A DNA stretch of 63,201 bases, filler included, from Kipferlia bialata (lineage: Eukaryota): assembly GCA_003568945.1 (NCBI GenBank). It is 6 parts of 6 records of this genome, joined end to end, with 100 filler letters (N's around TTAATTAATTAA, not from the genome) between each part and the next. Parts side by side here need not be neighbours in the genome. Positions count along the whole stretch, not along the records: positions 21,893 to 30,237 come from BDIP01000859.1; positions 30,338 to 44,432 come from BDIP01000860.1; 4 more parts are not named here. One strand, given 5' to 3'. The notes under the pieces were generated by a model, which was given only the letters and a program-made list of their open reading frames with translations, was not told the origin of the DNA and made no database searches. Positions 25,701-39,673 of this stretch are shown here, piece after piece (position 1 is the first letter of the stretch; every line of letters begins with the position of its first letter). Made by a program: the position numbers and the translations under genes.

Positions 25701-28700
25701 AGGTAGAGATAGCAAGTATATATAAGAGGTCATTCTATGGATAACATAGAATCTACCCACCTGGCATGAGGATACCGTCTCCATCGTGGTCAAACACGTT
25801 GAACACTGTCTGCAGCTCTCCATCGGGGCGGCATGTGATCATCCTGTCGTGGATGCTGTCGACCAGGTTCTGCAGCTGCTGCCGCTGGTGTCTCTGCATG
25901 GTCTGGGCGTCCATGGAGGACTGGAGGGCAGACACCTGGGGTGGGGGGTGGGGGGGGATACATACAAGGTAAACACAGTATTAGTAGTAGCCATACCTCC
26001 TGCATGACGCGGGAGGGCACAGGAATGTAGGGGGCGGGCTTGGGGGTCAGCATTGCGACAACCTCTGCCTCGGACGTCCTGTCCTGGCCTGCATCCAGGG
26101 ACAGGCACTGGGAGAGAGAGGTCAGCTCCAGGGGGGTGGTCTCCAGGTCGGCGTACTTGAGTAGCCTGTGGAGGGAGGCAACGGACAATCCGCCCTAATG
26201 GTCAGAGACATGGGATATATATATATATATATCTAGCAGTGATTGACTGAGGCAGACAGAATGCACCCATGCTCACCTCCTCGTCCTTCTCTGCAAACTG
26301 GGCAACCAGGCTGGACAGATCTGACACATCAACACGGTCAAGGATCCTGGGGTGAGGGAGTGGGGTGGTACATCAAGATGTACGGTGCAGAGTGTATGCC
26401 ACGTACTTCCCCCTGAGGCCTCTGAGCACCCTAGTCTGCTGGTCCTCGGTCACACCCTTCTGCAGGGCAGGTGGGGGGGAGGGGGGGAGGGGGATCTCCT
26501 CGGGGTTCTCCACCTCAATCTCAGTCTCCTGGGGTGAGAGGATGTTACGGGCAGGGAGTCAGAAGAAGGAAATCTGAAGGAACCAGCACCAGTGCCACAC
26601 ACCTGCTGAGCTCCGGCATACACACCACGGCCCTTGCCGGCCTGCTTCTGCATGTCCTGCTGGTCTCTGGGAGTAAGAGGGAGAGAGACAGTCAGAGGGT
26701 CAGAGAGAGCAGTATCCTTCCTCACCTGTCGTCCTTGAACCTGAACACCTTGTGGAAGTCAATGAAGTCGATGGTGGGACCCCCCTCGGCCACAAGGGTG
26801 AACATCTCATTCAGCTCCTCCTGGTTCAGAGAGTCTCCCAGCTCCTAGGGTCAGACGGAGGCAAGAGATAATACACAGTGAACACACACTGCAATTACGA
26901 GTCCCCACCTTGTGCACGGCCGATGTGAACTCCTCCCTGGTCAGCTGTCCGTCCCCGTTCTCGTCTGTCCTGCTGAACACCTGGTGCAGCCTGTCCGGGT
27001 TGTGCCCCACGGCCTGCTTGAGGCTCTGCTGCAGAGAGGCCAGACGCTGCATGGTGCCGGAGACCTCTCCCACACGGGGAGTGCCACTCACACTGCTCTC
27101 ACGCTCAGTGTCGACATTCAGCAGAGGGTGCTTGCGCAGAGGCTTGCTGGGGTTAGACTGTGGTGTAGCTGAATGGGGGGGGGGGGGTAGTGCGACGCAC
27201 CTGTGAGCCACAGTCTCCAGGGCATCGTGCATAGCAGCGAACACAGTGTTGACAGCGACGCGTCCGTCTGGTGGTTAGCATGGAAAACTACAGTGTCAAA
27301 ACCAGCAAAATAGGCACATATGGAATGGCACATACCCTCCACCGGGCATGTCTCCTGGATGGCTGTCTCGAGCTGTTCCTTGGGCATAGTAGACACGGCG
27401 GAGAGGGCCTGGGGTGGGTATAAAGGGTGGGGGGGGGGGGAGAGAGAGAGAATGGACAGCGTACCTGGGCCACCTCTGCCACGCGCACTGTCTGCCCCCT
27501 GGCCTGCAGGTCTGTGCAGATGTCACTCATGCCAGGCAGGGCAGAGAGGGCACCCCCGACCTCCAGGGCGGCACGGCAGAGGTCTGCGTCGCTCTCCTTG
27601 CCCTTGTCCTCGGCCCCGTCCTTAGCATACGTCTCTCTGCGCACCTCCAGCACCCTTCTGGCGGCATCCACGCCCAATGCCTTCATGGCGGCACTCTGAC
27701 CTGGGGATGAGGCGGGTACCAAGGTAGAGGATAGAAGAAGACAGTGCAGGATAGCATACGACGCCCCTACCTGGGTTCTTTGCTGCCATCTGCGAGGAGA
27801 TGGGTCTGTTACTGCGCTGGGCAAGGGTAGCAGAGGACTTCACGTGCTTAAGGCTGGCGACAGGCTCAGGCTCAGCATGTGCCACCTTGATACCTGCCTT
27901 GAGCACACGCAGGCATGCATCCACCTGGCTATCCCTGGGGGTGAGACAACGGAGCCATGGTCAATAGGGACAGTGGATACACCAACCTGTCCTTCCCTGG
28001 CCTCTGTGCACTGTAGGCTGTCCTCAGAGCCCACCGGTCAGACTCAGTCAGAGGGGCTCCTGGTGGTAAGACAGAGACAGAGTACATACATATGCATCCA
28101 TATACAACACACCGTACCTGTGGCTGCTGTGAGGGCCCCTGCTATGTCGCCCATGTCGACATCCTCCTGGGACAGGGCCTGTCTCAGCTGGGCCATGTCG
28201 CCATAGACGTGGGTGTCGACGAGGGTGGAGGCATGGCCAAAGGCAGACAGGAAGGCAGAGCGGGAGGGGGCAGGGGTGGCCCTGCTCACACCTGTCACAA
28301 TGTCTGTCTTCTCCCTGCTCTCCCTGGCCTCTATGACCCGTCTCCTGGGTGTCTCAGTGGGTATAGGGGTGACCACAATGGCCCCCTCCCCCTCCCTTGT
28401 CTGCACCGTGCTAACCACAGACCCACTGCTCCTCTCCAGCACAGTCACTCTGCCGGTCTCGCCCTCAATGGCGGCACTGCCGTCACAGACAGGGAGGGTG
28501 GTGACCCTGGCCTGGGAGGAGTACATGTCCGCATCGTACTCCTCGTACATGTCGTCCCCTGCGCTGTACCCTGTGCTCCCAGCTGAGTCTGGGCGAGGGG
28601 GGGAGGCCTCACCTGCCTCGTCCAGGGTGGGGGAGACAGGGGGGGAGGCCTTGGGGCCCACAGAGGCTGCGTGCACACGGTTGCTCTCTCTCTCTCTCTC

Positions 28701-29780
28701 CCTCTCCCGCTTGGTGGGTGACGCCACACTGATGCCTAGGGGTGAGAGGAGTGGCATGATGATAGCATAGATAGAGAGTCCCATACCTAGGTCATCCAGC
28801 ACAGACTGGTAGTCCACAGACTCAGTCTCTGTCCTCGACTTGGCAGAGGGGGACACCACCGCCCTCTTGGCCACAATGTCTGCTATGGCCTTGGGGGACA
28901 GACCCACGTTCAACTCGGCAAGGCCAAGGGCTAGAGGGTTAGAAACAGAACAGTGACACAGATGACAAGAGGATCCCTGCAGTAGTAACGATGCGGAACT
29001 AAATATAACACCCAGGGTTATATAACGGCGTACCCAGCTGATACGGGGTCACGGTCCCGTCCCCTGATGTGTCGTACTTCCTGGGGTTACATCCTGACTC
29101 TGACCCAAGCACCATATGCACCCACCTGTACAACATACATAAACACATAGATATACCTGAATGTACCAGCAGCAGAGGGTGTCTTGCCAACCCGTCCTGT
29201 CCCAACACTGGGGGAGGCCTGTCTCTCTCTCATGCCTGTCAGGAATCTGTTGTAGTCCACCCTGCTGTCAGTACCATCAAGGGCCGCAGAAGTGAGTATC
29301 CACATCACATATGTTCATTATACATTAGAGAATGACCTGCTCTTGGAAATAGTACTTTAGGAAGACAATGAGTGCGTACAAGACCTCTTGTCAGAACTAA
29401 ATCAAATCATTCACTCTCCGAGAATGAGTCCCTACCTGTCATTTGCTGCACAAGACTGAACCATACGCTTGAAACTGCGGTCTGTGGGAGAGAATCCAAG
29501 CGCAGACATGCCGAGATCGAACTCCTGATGGAGTTAGACGCAGATAATAATGAGTAGCATAAGCAGCACACATGTGGTTCCTATTACCTCACGAGACACA
29601 GTCCCCTTTCCATCCGAGTCAAACTGGCTAAAGATAGATGTAATAGCAGGGGCCTGCTGCATAATAGCACGCTGCAGGCGTGCCCTCTTCTGCTGGGCCT
29701 CCTTTGGCTTTCCACCAGACACTGGCTGGGGTTAGAAACACTCTAACTGCCATAATATCTTTACATACCGTGTTGGCCAT
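22737..29780 (-). CDS. Large multi-EF-hand calcium-binding protein (EFCAB6-like architecture), apparently complete
   Basis: ATG at 29780 followed by more than 20 short-intron exons. Many EF loops: DSDGKGTVS, DTSGDGTVT, DENGDGQLT, DHDGDGILM, DKNRTGTVQ, DRNGDGKVS, DHNNDGTLS, DIDGDGQIT. Stop at 22737. Confidence 0.85.
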
Positions 29781-30185
29781 CGTCAGAAGTCAGTCTCAGA
29801 GCCTGAAGGTGCTCGGTGAGCCTACGTTCTTCGGTTGAGCAGGCTCAATGCCACTCTGCGCTGTTGTCCGGCAGAATAGTCGGAAAATCCGATGGATGTC
29901 CGACTTGTCAGGCTCTGGACAGTCCCATCCTATTGTCAGACTCTCTGAGTGGGTGTCAAGAGGACTTCAGTAAGAAATGCCAAGAAAGCATCACATAGAA
30001 AGCAATGTCCCATCTCCTGGAGAGGAAGAGTTTTGTGAAGTCATTGCATCCGGTTCCCGTGGAGTGAAGATTGAAAGGTAGGACACAATCATTGTATTCT
30101 GCTATTCTATTGTATCTTTTGTTAGTAATGGGTATTTAACGTAACTGTTGTATAAGTGACCACTTATTACACATGGGAATGACTG

Positions 30186-30237
<52 letters not shown>

Positions 30238-30337
30238 NNNNNNNNNNNNNNNNNNNNNNNNNNNNNNNNNNNNNNNNNNNNTTAATTAATTAANNNNNNN
30301 NNNNNNNNNNNNNNNNNNNNNNNNNNNNNNNNNNNNN
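30238..30337. other. Artificial scaffold linker
   Basis: N44-TTAATTAATTAA-N44. Confidence 0.97.
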
Positions 30338-33300
30338 TCTGCCACAGTCTTGGCATGGATGCCCACCCAGGGGTCCCTGGCTAGTGTCTAGGAGTGAGAT
30401 ATATATACACACTCATATATGTATAAGTATATACATATGGATGCCAACCCAGGGGTCCCTGGCTAGTGTCTGGGGGTAAGATAGATACACACTCATATAT
30501 ATATATATACACACACACATATATATACATATATATATATGGATACCAACCCAGGTGTCCCTCGCTAGTGTCTGGGGGTAAGCTACATACAAACATATAT
30601 ACAGATACAACATTCCCTATATAGATAGAGAATATTAATATATCTGAAGACACACCTTCCCCTCTAAGTCCTTGGCCAGTGAGTGCATTGTGAGTGCCTT
30701 CCCCCCTATGGGTGTGATATCAACTCCATCCAGCACAGGTGTGTACAGCACACCAAGGTCGCATAGATATAGCGCAGCCACATGGGTATCCATTGTACCC
30801 TTGGGTACAGGCACCAGGACCGTATCCATCCCAACTTCACTGTCAAACTCCTCCTCTTCCTCCTCTACTGTAGGCACCAGCCGGCAATATGTAACCCTCC
30901 GGCTAGCCCTTGGTGATATCTCTCCGTCCCTCACCTTATCTCTCAGCCACAGGGCAGCCTTAAGCTTATCCTTGGCGTCATTACCCAGGCACACCATACC
31001 TACACAGGCTGGGAGCAGGGAGGGGGAGACGTAGGAGAGGAGTGTCTGGGCGCATATGGGTCTCAATGCCTTGGGTGCTATGTATAAGTGTGCACATAGG
31101 GCATCACAGACACTAGGGGTGGGATGTGTCTTGTCCAGGATGAGGCAGATGGCATCCGCCAGGCACCACTGGGGTTAGTATATCGCATATATCTAAACAC
31201 ATGTAGGGTGTGTGTGTATATATATGCTATATATACATTGGAGACGATGAGGCAGATGGCATCGGCTAGGCACCACTGGAATTAGAAGGAGCAAGTATAT
31301 ATATATAGTGTGTATATATATATATAGAGAGAGAGAGAGTGTGTGTGTATATATATATACTGGATATGATGAGGCAGATGGCATCGGCTAGACACCACTG
31401 GAGTTAGGTGGTATCTCACTATATGTACACACACATATAGTATATATAGAGAGAGATAGAGAGAGAATATTCTCTATACATATGGGACGGGATGAGGCAG
31501 ATGGCATCCGCTAGGCACCACAAGGGTAATATAATCAGTATATTCAGAGATATTGACAAGTATCAATCACATGTCACCAACCTGGTGGAAGTATGACTGG
31601 CCCCTCTTGGTCTTGACAGCCAGAGTCCGTGTCCTGGGGGTGAGTATACCATTGAAAGCTTCTATATAGTATATGTGTATAGTATACAAATATCTAACAA
31701 TAATGTAGGTTATGTATTAATAATACTGTAATCAAATATTGCAATACAATCATAGTTTAGCCCTAGTACATACCTATTGAACACCCTATCGACTGTGCTT
31801 GCCATCCACTCCACTGTTTACCAGTATAGATATAGAGATTCCATATGTATGAAGGGTTTAAGTATATGTATATTATGCCAATACCTATTGAACACCCTAT
31901 CGATTGTGCTTGCCATCCAGTCCAGTATGCCAGACACATTGCCCTTATAGAGAGCATAGAGCATGGCACTCTGGGGGTCAGAATAGGTATATACATATAA
32001 TGGGTGTATATACATAGTACTCTGGGGGTATGAGGTATACATACATATACCATGTCTATAAATGGTACTATACTGTGTGTAGTACTTGAGACACATACAG
32101 GGCATAGCGCATGGTACACTGATAGTGAGCACATGTATATATATACATATTAAACATATATACCTGTCTAGGCGATGCCTGTGGCACGGGTGTCACCTAA
32201 CATATATATTATAATATAGTATATAGAGAACTTGAGCCGTTGCCCTTAGAGAGCATAGCACATATACAACATACACACCTGTCTAGGCGATGCCTGTGGC
32301 ACGGGTGTCACCCCCAGCAGCTCCAGCAGACACCTTACACCCTTGAGGTAGAAGGGGCCCTGGGATGTATGGGCAATGCACTGACCCCTGGAGACAGAGA
32401 CAGAGCGACCCCTGGAACGCGACATAGATCGGCCCCTTGACCGCGAGACCGAGCGGCCCCGAGACTGCGAGATAGAAGGTGCGCCTTCATCTACGTATGA
32501 TGCACTTCCCTCGTCGTCTCCCTCTGCGTACATTTGGCTCTCTCCCTCGTAGTAACCCTCCCCTCCCCTATCCATACTCTCTCCCTGTCCCCCTATTTCT
32601 TCTGGGACCTCTATCTCTGTCCCCATGACATAGGGGGGTAGCATGTGTGCTGCGGCTAGTGCCATGGCGTGTCTGACAGCAACATCCCTACTGGTGCAGG
32701 CAAAGGCCATAAGCCACCTAGAGTGAGGGGTTGTGGAGATATTGCACACATACACAATATTACAGTGACAGATATCATACCTAGACACCTCTACACTGGA
32801 TGCCCCCTGGCACTTGACCATCAGCACAGCCAGACACCATATACCACAGTATATATACTATATACACTATATATACCAACACACCTTGATACTTCTACAC
32901 TGGATGCCCCCTGGCACTTGACCATCAGCACAGCCAGTCCAGCCAGGAGGAGGGGGCCATCGGGGAACTCATCTGTACAGATGAGAAACATAGATACTAG
33001 TATATTAATACACTGTAAATACACGACTAGCAAAGGGGCCATCTGGGAACTCATCTGATGCATTAGAAAAGTGTACATATACATAGAGAAGAGGGGGGGG
33101 ACTACTAATGTATATATATGTATATGTATATACTTATGTATGTATACGTACCATATATTATGTATATATATGATTATGTTATTACTTATGTATGTATACG
33201 TACCATGCAATTCCCACACTGCCGTTGCCAGCCCATCCAGCATCTGGACAGGAGTGGGTATATGTTCAGAGTACTCATCAGGGGGGAGGGGCCTAGTAGG

Positions 33301-34248
33301 GTAGTGAACGTCCATCCCTGGGGGTGAGGACATATATATGCAAGTAGTGTACATATCGTACACAGTAAAAGTAGGAACATACCTACTTTGCCGGCATCTG
33401 CCAGGGGTGGGACAAGAGTATATGGACAATGACAGACATTTTATAATAAATAGNNNNNNNNNNNNNNNNNNNNNATATGGACAATGACAGACATTTTATA
33501 ATAAATAGTACAGTATAGTAGATCCATCCTTACCCACTTTGCCGACATGTGCCAGGGGTGGCACAAGGGGGCAGGCACAGGCACACCGGTAGATGCCTGG
33601 GATTAGTTTGCATAGTCTTAGATAGTTACAGAGGTATATACCCATCATATATAGCGTATAGACAGTACTAGTGGACAGGTACATTCACCGGCTATATAAC
33701 CCACACTTACCGGTGAGCAGGATAGGCCCCACACTGGTAGGCAGTCGGGTGTGGGCAGGCATTGTCGACATGAACGTGTATAGCTCCACATATGGGCACA
33801 TGGGGAGGTTGGGCTGTGTCTCCACAGGGTCTGTGTCTTGCTCCTCCCCCCTCTCCCTCCTCCCACCTACCCTGTTGATGTACCTCACCCTCTCCCCTAT
33901 CAGTCTGGCTGCTAAGCACCGTCTAGTAACCTTCTTAGGCCTCCTGATGATGCTGCTGATGCTGCCACTTGGGTCACTACTGGGCCTGTGTCAGAATCAG
34001 TGTCTATATATTATTATACACTAGCTATAAACTAGATACTGTTTCCTATTCTAATATAAATATACTATAATATACCTGTTCTCAAAGTGTGCTATGCAGG
34101 TAATGTCCTCCAGAAGCAGCTCAGGCACCACATACTTAAACACTGCCAGGGACAGGGGCAGAGAGGGGTGGAGACAGGTGGACTCAAGCAGCCATGGCAG
34201 GAGAGACTCCTCGGCCTCCACTGCCATCAGGATATCGTCGCCTGTCAC
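30338..34248 (-). CDS. Multi-exon helical-repeat protein, possibly STAG/Scc3 cohesin subunit-like; truncated at both ends
   Basis: Consistent GT-AG exons. WLMAFACTSRDVAVRHAMALAA resembles the STAG-domain motif (..SQVRAFRHTSTLAA), followed by WMASTIDRVFNR. Family assignment is tentative. Confidence 0.4.
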
Positions 34249-34627
34249 CTAGGGTGAGGATATACATTCTTCTGCATATGCATTTGTGTTTAAGATGACA
34301 CTGACCAAGGGTCAGCAGGTATATATGTATGTATAGAAATATTGAGCGAATAATATATTGAGTATCATCAGCCTTCACTGCCAACATTGGGGTGAGGATG
34401 TGTGGAAAAGAAATAGAACACAACTGCGTATATGGAGGCCTGGTCAAACGGACCACTGGCAATCAGTTATCATTATGTATTGATAATACCATATATATAT
34501 ATCATTATGTATTGAGAGTGGACAGACACAACTCCGATTGAGAGGTTGGCAACCACAGTGAGATGATTAGAAAACAGATCAGGAGAATACTATAATGAGA
34601 TTTCCTGATCGAGGAGATAGTGGAGGG

Positions 34628-34661
<34 letters not shown>

Positions 34662-34839
34662 TGTGGGGGCCCCCTTCCATTCTCTCCCAACAATGTTTAG
34701 ACTCACTCCCAGGATTCCTTCCCATTCCCTCTCTCTCTCTCTACTCCCCCCCTCCCCCTCATGTCTAGACACACTGACCACTCCCAGCCTCTCTCTCTCT
34801 CTCTCTCTCTTTCTCTCCCCCCCTCTCTCTCATGTCTAG

Positions 34840-35569
34840 ACACACTGACCACTCCCAACACCTGTGTGGTGTGGTCACACCCAGGGCACCTGTTAAGAAG
34901 GGGCAGGTATAATAGAAATATATATGTGAATATGTATATATGTGTACATACTATTGTGTTATTGTATTATACTATGTGTACTAAGTATCTGGTGGTCACA
35001 CCCAGGCACCTGTTAAGAAGGGGCAGGTATAGTATATATACACACATATATATGTTATTGTTCATATATATATAGTGTCTAGAGGTCACACCGAGGGCAC
35101 CCGTCAAGAAGGGACAGGTATAGTATATATATATATATATACATATATGACCCTAGTATATATACATTATTGTATTATATATTAAGTATCTGGTGACGCA
35201 CATGGGGTCAAGATGGGACAGGTGACCAGATACATATTTCTGTAGGCCCAACAATATTTCTCTCCCCCCCCCTCCTCTCCCATTTCTCTCATAGTTACTA
35301 TCCCCTGCCCCCCTCTATATGACACAGAAGGGTGAAGACTAGTGAATCGCATTATTCGTATGCATATACTTAACTATATGTGTATCTACCTCCCTGACCC
35401 TCAGGAGAAGCTGAAGGGGAGGCCTGTGCTTGCCCCAACAGGATGCATACCCATGCTGAGGTATATATAGGGTAGTTAGAATATAAATGCATCATTGGAT
35501 GTGCTATATCCCTTCAGTGTAGGAAACCCTATGCCACCCATGCCTATTAAGCCTATTTGAGGAGGACAG

Positions 35570-35622
<53 letters not shown>

Positions 35623-35670
35623 CTGTACTCTAACCCTCTAGGCACCTCTGTGCCACCCATGTCTATCATA

Positions 35671-35705
<35 letters not shown>

Positions 35706-38700
35706 CATTGTATATACCCTTACCCTCCAGACACCTCTGTGCCACCCATGCCTATCTCAATGACGGGGTACTGCCAGAGGACCCGTTCACAAGGTAGGTG
35801 TGTATATTTGTAGTTATATATGCATACAAGGTAGGGGAGTATGTACACGTATACCTATATACATATATATATGATATAGATATGCATGTGAAATATGGGT
35901 ATATATGTCTGGATGGAGTACTGCCAGAGGACCCGTTCACAAGGTAAATCTACCACTCTCTCTCTCTCTTGCTCTTTTGAGTATATATGTATATGGCATG
36001 CTGAAGGTGTATACACATATATATGACGGAGTACTGCCAGGGGACCCGTTCACAAGGCATGTGTATCTCTCTATCCCTTTCTGGCTCTTTTGAGTATATT
36101 TGTATATAATGTATATATGTATATGACATACTGAAGGTATATATACATATATATGACGGAGTACTGCCAGAGGACCCGTTCACGAGGTAGGACTTAATTT
36201 CTCTCTCTCTCTATGTCGTCTCTCTACGGTATACTGCGCCCACCTCCCTACTATATTCACATATATGTATATCCCTCACATCTAGGTGTGGCATGCACGA
36301 GATGGGTGTGGATGCAGGGGAATAGATATGTCTACCAATATACCTGGAATATCCACTCTATACCCTCACTATAGGTATATATATACATATCCTGTCTCAC
36401 TGTAGGTGTGGCATGCACGAGATGGGCGTGGATGCAGGGGACTGTATAGAGGTCCCAGGTAAGAATAGGGTGTATGGATACACATACTACACACCTTTAG
36501 GCATATGAATGACACTATACGTGTTTATCCGTGCGTCCATCTTACCCAAGGTCTCCAGGGCATTGAGGTTGAGGTTGTCAAGTGCTACCACAACTCCTGT
36601 GAGACAGTGGGGTACGGGTTCTCAATCAAGAAGGTACACACGACAAATTGAACGATAGTATATACATATGTATATACATGCATACGTACACCGTATAGAG
36701 TGCCAAAGTGGTAAGGAGAGTGACAGTAAATGTTTGGAGAAGGGTAGACTGTTGGGATAGTCAACCTCTATCATATAGTGTATGCAACGTATATACACGT
36801 GTACTCACTCTCGAACAAACTCAAGACTGAGTACATTGGTCTTGACAAGGAGGGAATCATTGCACTCACTGTTTTCTCTTATATCTATCTCAACTAGATA
36901 CTCTGCAGGTACTCACCCTAGAACAAGCTGAAGGCCGAGTACATTGGCCTTGACAAGGAGGGCATAATTGCACTGAGGAAGAGTGGCACATGCATCACAG
37001 AGAGTGTCAGAGTGCCGCAGGTATAGACTATATATATGTATATATATATATAGAGAGAGAGAGAGACAGGAGAAGAGTGTCACGTGCATCACAGAGAGTG
37101 TCAGAGTGCCGCAGGTATAGATATGCGGGTATAGTTATGAAGTGTGCTCTATATTCTAAACCCCTCTCCCAGGTCATCTCCGGTGAGGCCACATCACATC
37201 TCTCTTTCTCCCACAGTGAACCTAACTATGGTCACACAGTCTCTCTCTTTCTATCTCTCTCTCCCATCCCCCCCTTACCCCAGGTCATCTTCTTCGGTGA
37301 CACCACCCCAGACGCCCTGACTCAGCACACGGAGTGGCAGGTATACACACACCCATATATATATATATGTATATGTATATATATACAGTGAGAGAGGTGT
37401 GGGGTGGGAGGGAGTAGATAGGCATATGTATGCGAGAGGATTCCTTCGCTACCCAGTACACAGAGTGGCAGGTATACACAAGCATACACTGTTCATACTA
37501 GTACATATATGCAGAGAGAGGGGTGGGGTGGGGAGTACATAGGTATGTATCCTAAGGTATAAGTATCAGTGACACCCTGACCCAGGACATAGCGTGGCAG
37601 GTATACATACACCCATACATATGTATATATAGAGAGAGGGGGAGAGAGTACATAGGTCCATATACTAGGGTATATAGCACTGACACCCTGACCCAGCACA
37701 TAGAGTGGCAGGTATGTGTTTATGTTGCTACACACTTACTGATACGTGTATGAATGATGATATATACACACAGGGTTATCGATATGAGTGTGACCCTATT
37801 TGTTCTGAACCCCAGAAGTACCCCAATGTGTTCATTGAGTGCACTGCATGCAGCACAGACAAGGATATAGATGCAGAGGTATGTATGTATATATATTCCA
37901 TGTATATATATATACATATAGTGTATATCATGAGTATATAGAGAGTGCACTGCATGCAGCACAGACAAGGACACAGAGGCTGAGGTATCAGTATCATATA
38001 TATGGCCTAGATAGACTCAACTTTGGATACATAAGAATGAATATTGATACTATTTGTATAGTAGTTCTGACCCCAGGTATCCAAGATGAGGGACATGGGT
38101 CACACGTCTATTGTATAGACATCATAGGACTAATGGATATATGCATTAGTATATGTATATATAATACTAACCCCAGGTATCCAAGATGAGGGAAGGGGGT
38201 GACACCGACATAGCATAGACACTAACATACATATATGTATACTATTGCTTCATATATTGTGCACTATATATATCATGCTTATCCTAGGTATCCAAGATGA
38301 GGGACAGGGGCCACACCCACATAGCAGAGCTGAAGCCAATCCTGGAGGCACATGCAGGTGGAGTCTCTCTCTCTCTCACACACACACACTCTCCGTATAT
38401 ACATACATACATATGTATATATACCTCTCACACTCAGAGGGTAGGAGGTGGTTCCTGTAGCACGCCTTAGCTGCCCACAAGACTCTCTCTCTCTATACAT
38501 ATCTCTCTCTCTCTCTCTCTCCCCCTTACCCTCCCTTACATAAGAAGGCAGGAGGTGGTTCCTCCAGCATGCCTCAGCTGCCCACAAGGACCTCTCTCTC
38601 TCTCTCTCTCTCTCTCTATACATACATATCTCCCCTCACACCCAGAGGGCAGGAGGTGGTTCCTCCAGCATGCCTCAGCTGCCCACAAGGACCAGGAGTT

Positions 38701-38761
38701 GATAGAGATGGCAGAGGGCATAGAGGCAGATGTGGTCATAGTGGAGGACTACATCAAGTAA
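34840..38761 (+). CDS. Short-form TM-type tRNase Z (metallo-beta-lactamase fold), 5' exon(s) missing
   Basis: Spliced protein includes HTDH (end of HxHxDH), CYHNSCETVGYGF, NKLKAEYIGLDKEGIIALRKSG (KL flexible arm), FFGDT, FIECT, RGHTH and FLQHAS, then stop TAA. Confidence 0.8.
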
Positions 38762-39143
38762 CTCAGAAGAGAGAGAGAGAGGGGGGGGGGAGAGGGACTC
38801 TGGTGGACTAAGAGACTCACTTTGGAAGACTTTATCAGGTGACTCTATCCGGCATAGACAGGGGTATGATGGCCTATTTGAGACTAAATGGACGGTACGT
38901 CATATCTGACGTTGTCACTGGCTGAGGCAATCACATTCTAGACCCTTTTGTATTTTCAGTTTCTTAATACCGTGTAGTCTGCACTGTAGATAGTCATCGT
39001 CATGTAGGGGTGGACACGCGATCTCCCTCCACCTTCTCTCTTACCAAAGCCGTGTGACCTTCCTTCGAACAGCACCGTACCACAGATCCAAGATGAGAGA
39101 GGAGGCGGCCCATTTCAAGGGGGCCGTGACGAAGGAGCCAGGA

Positions 39144-39178
<35 letters not shown>

Positions 39179-39356
39179 GGATAGACATGTCCGCACAGTC
39201 AGTCACGCTCTTACTGTGGCGCCAGCAGCCTCCCGCTATGTCGACCTCTTGTTTGTGGTGGACTCTGGAAGGTATCTCATGGTAGAATAGCGTCTTATAG
39301 GGTGAGATCACTGTCTATGTCACCCACTCGTCATCTGACATGTCAGGTCAGAGAAC

Positions 39357-39572
39357 ATGTGTGCATTCTTCAGTGAGGACTGGAGCAAGGGCCACACACT
39401 CCGAAGGCTTGTAAGGTAGGGTTGGGGGAGTTGGAGTGAGTGGATAGCATCGTATTCGGACCGTGTATATCACATGTCACGCACTAGTCACTCTCTAACA
39501 CATCAGACACAAGGGGCTAGATGTCATGCATCTGCGCCATCCTGTCTACGCCCAGAAGACTCTGACGTTCAA
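39357..39572 (+). CDS. First two exons of an unidentified gene, ending before the poly-C tract
   Basis: MCAFFSEDWSKGHTLRRLVR|HKGLDVMHLRHPVYAQKTLTFK with canonical donors and a CTAACACATCAG acceptor. Confidence 0.45.
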
Positions 39573-39593
39573 GGTACCATAGATTGGTCACTC

Positions 39594-39637
<44 letters not shown>

Positions 39638-39673
39638 TGTGTTTTGGTTATATATCTCAATCCTCATTGACAG

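Noticed and set aside
33420..33510. Direct repeat ATATGGACAATGACAGACATTTTATAATAAATAG
   Set aside because: It flanks a short N gap exactly, typical of an unmerged contig overlap.
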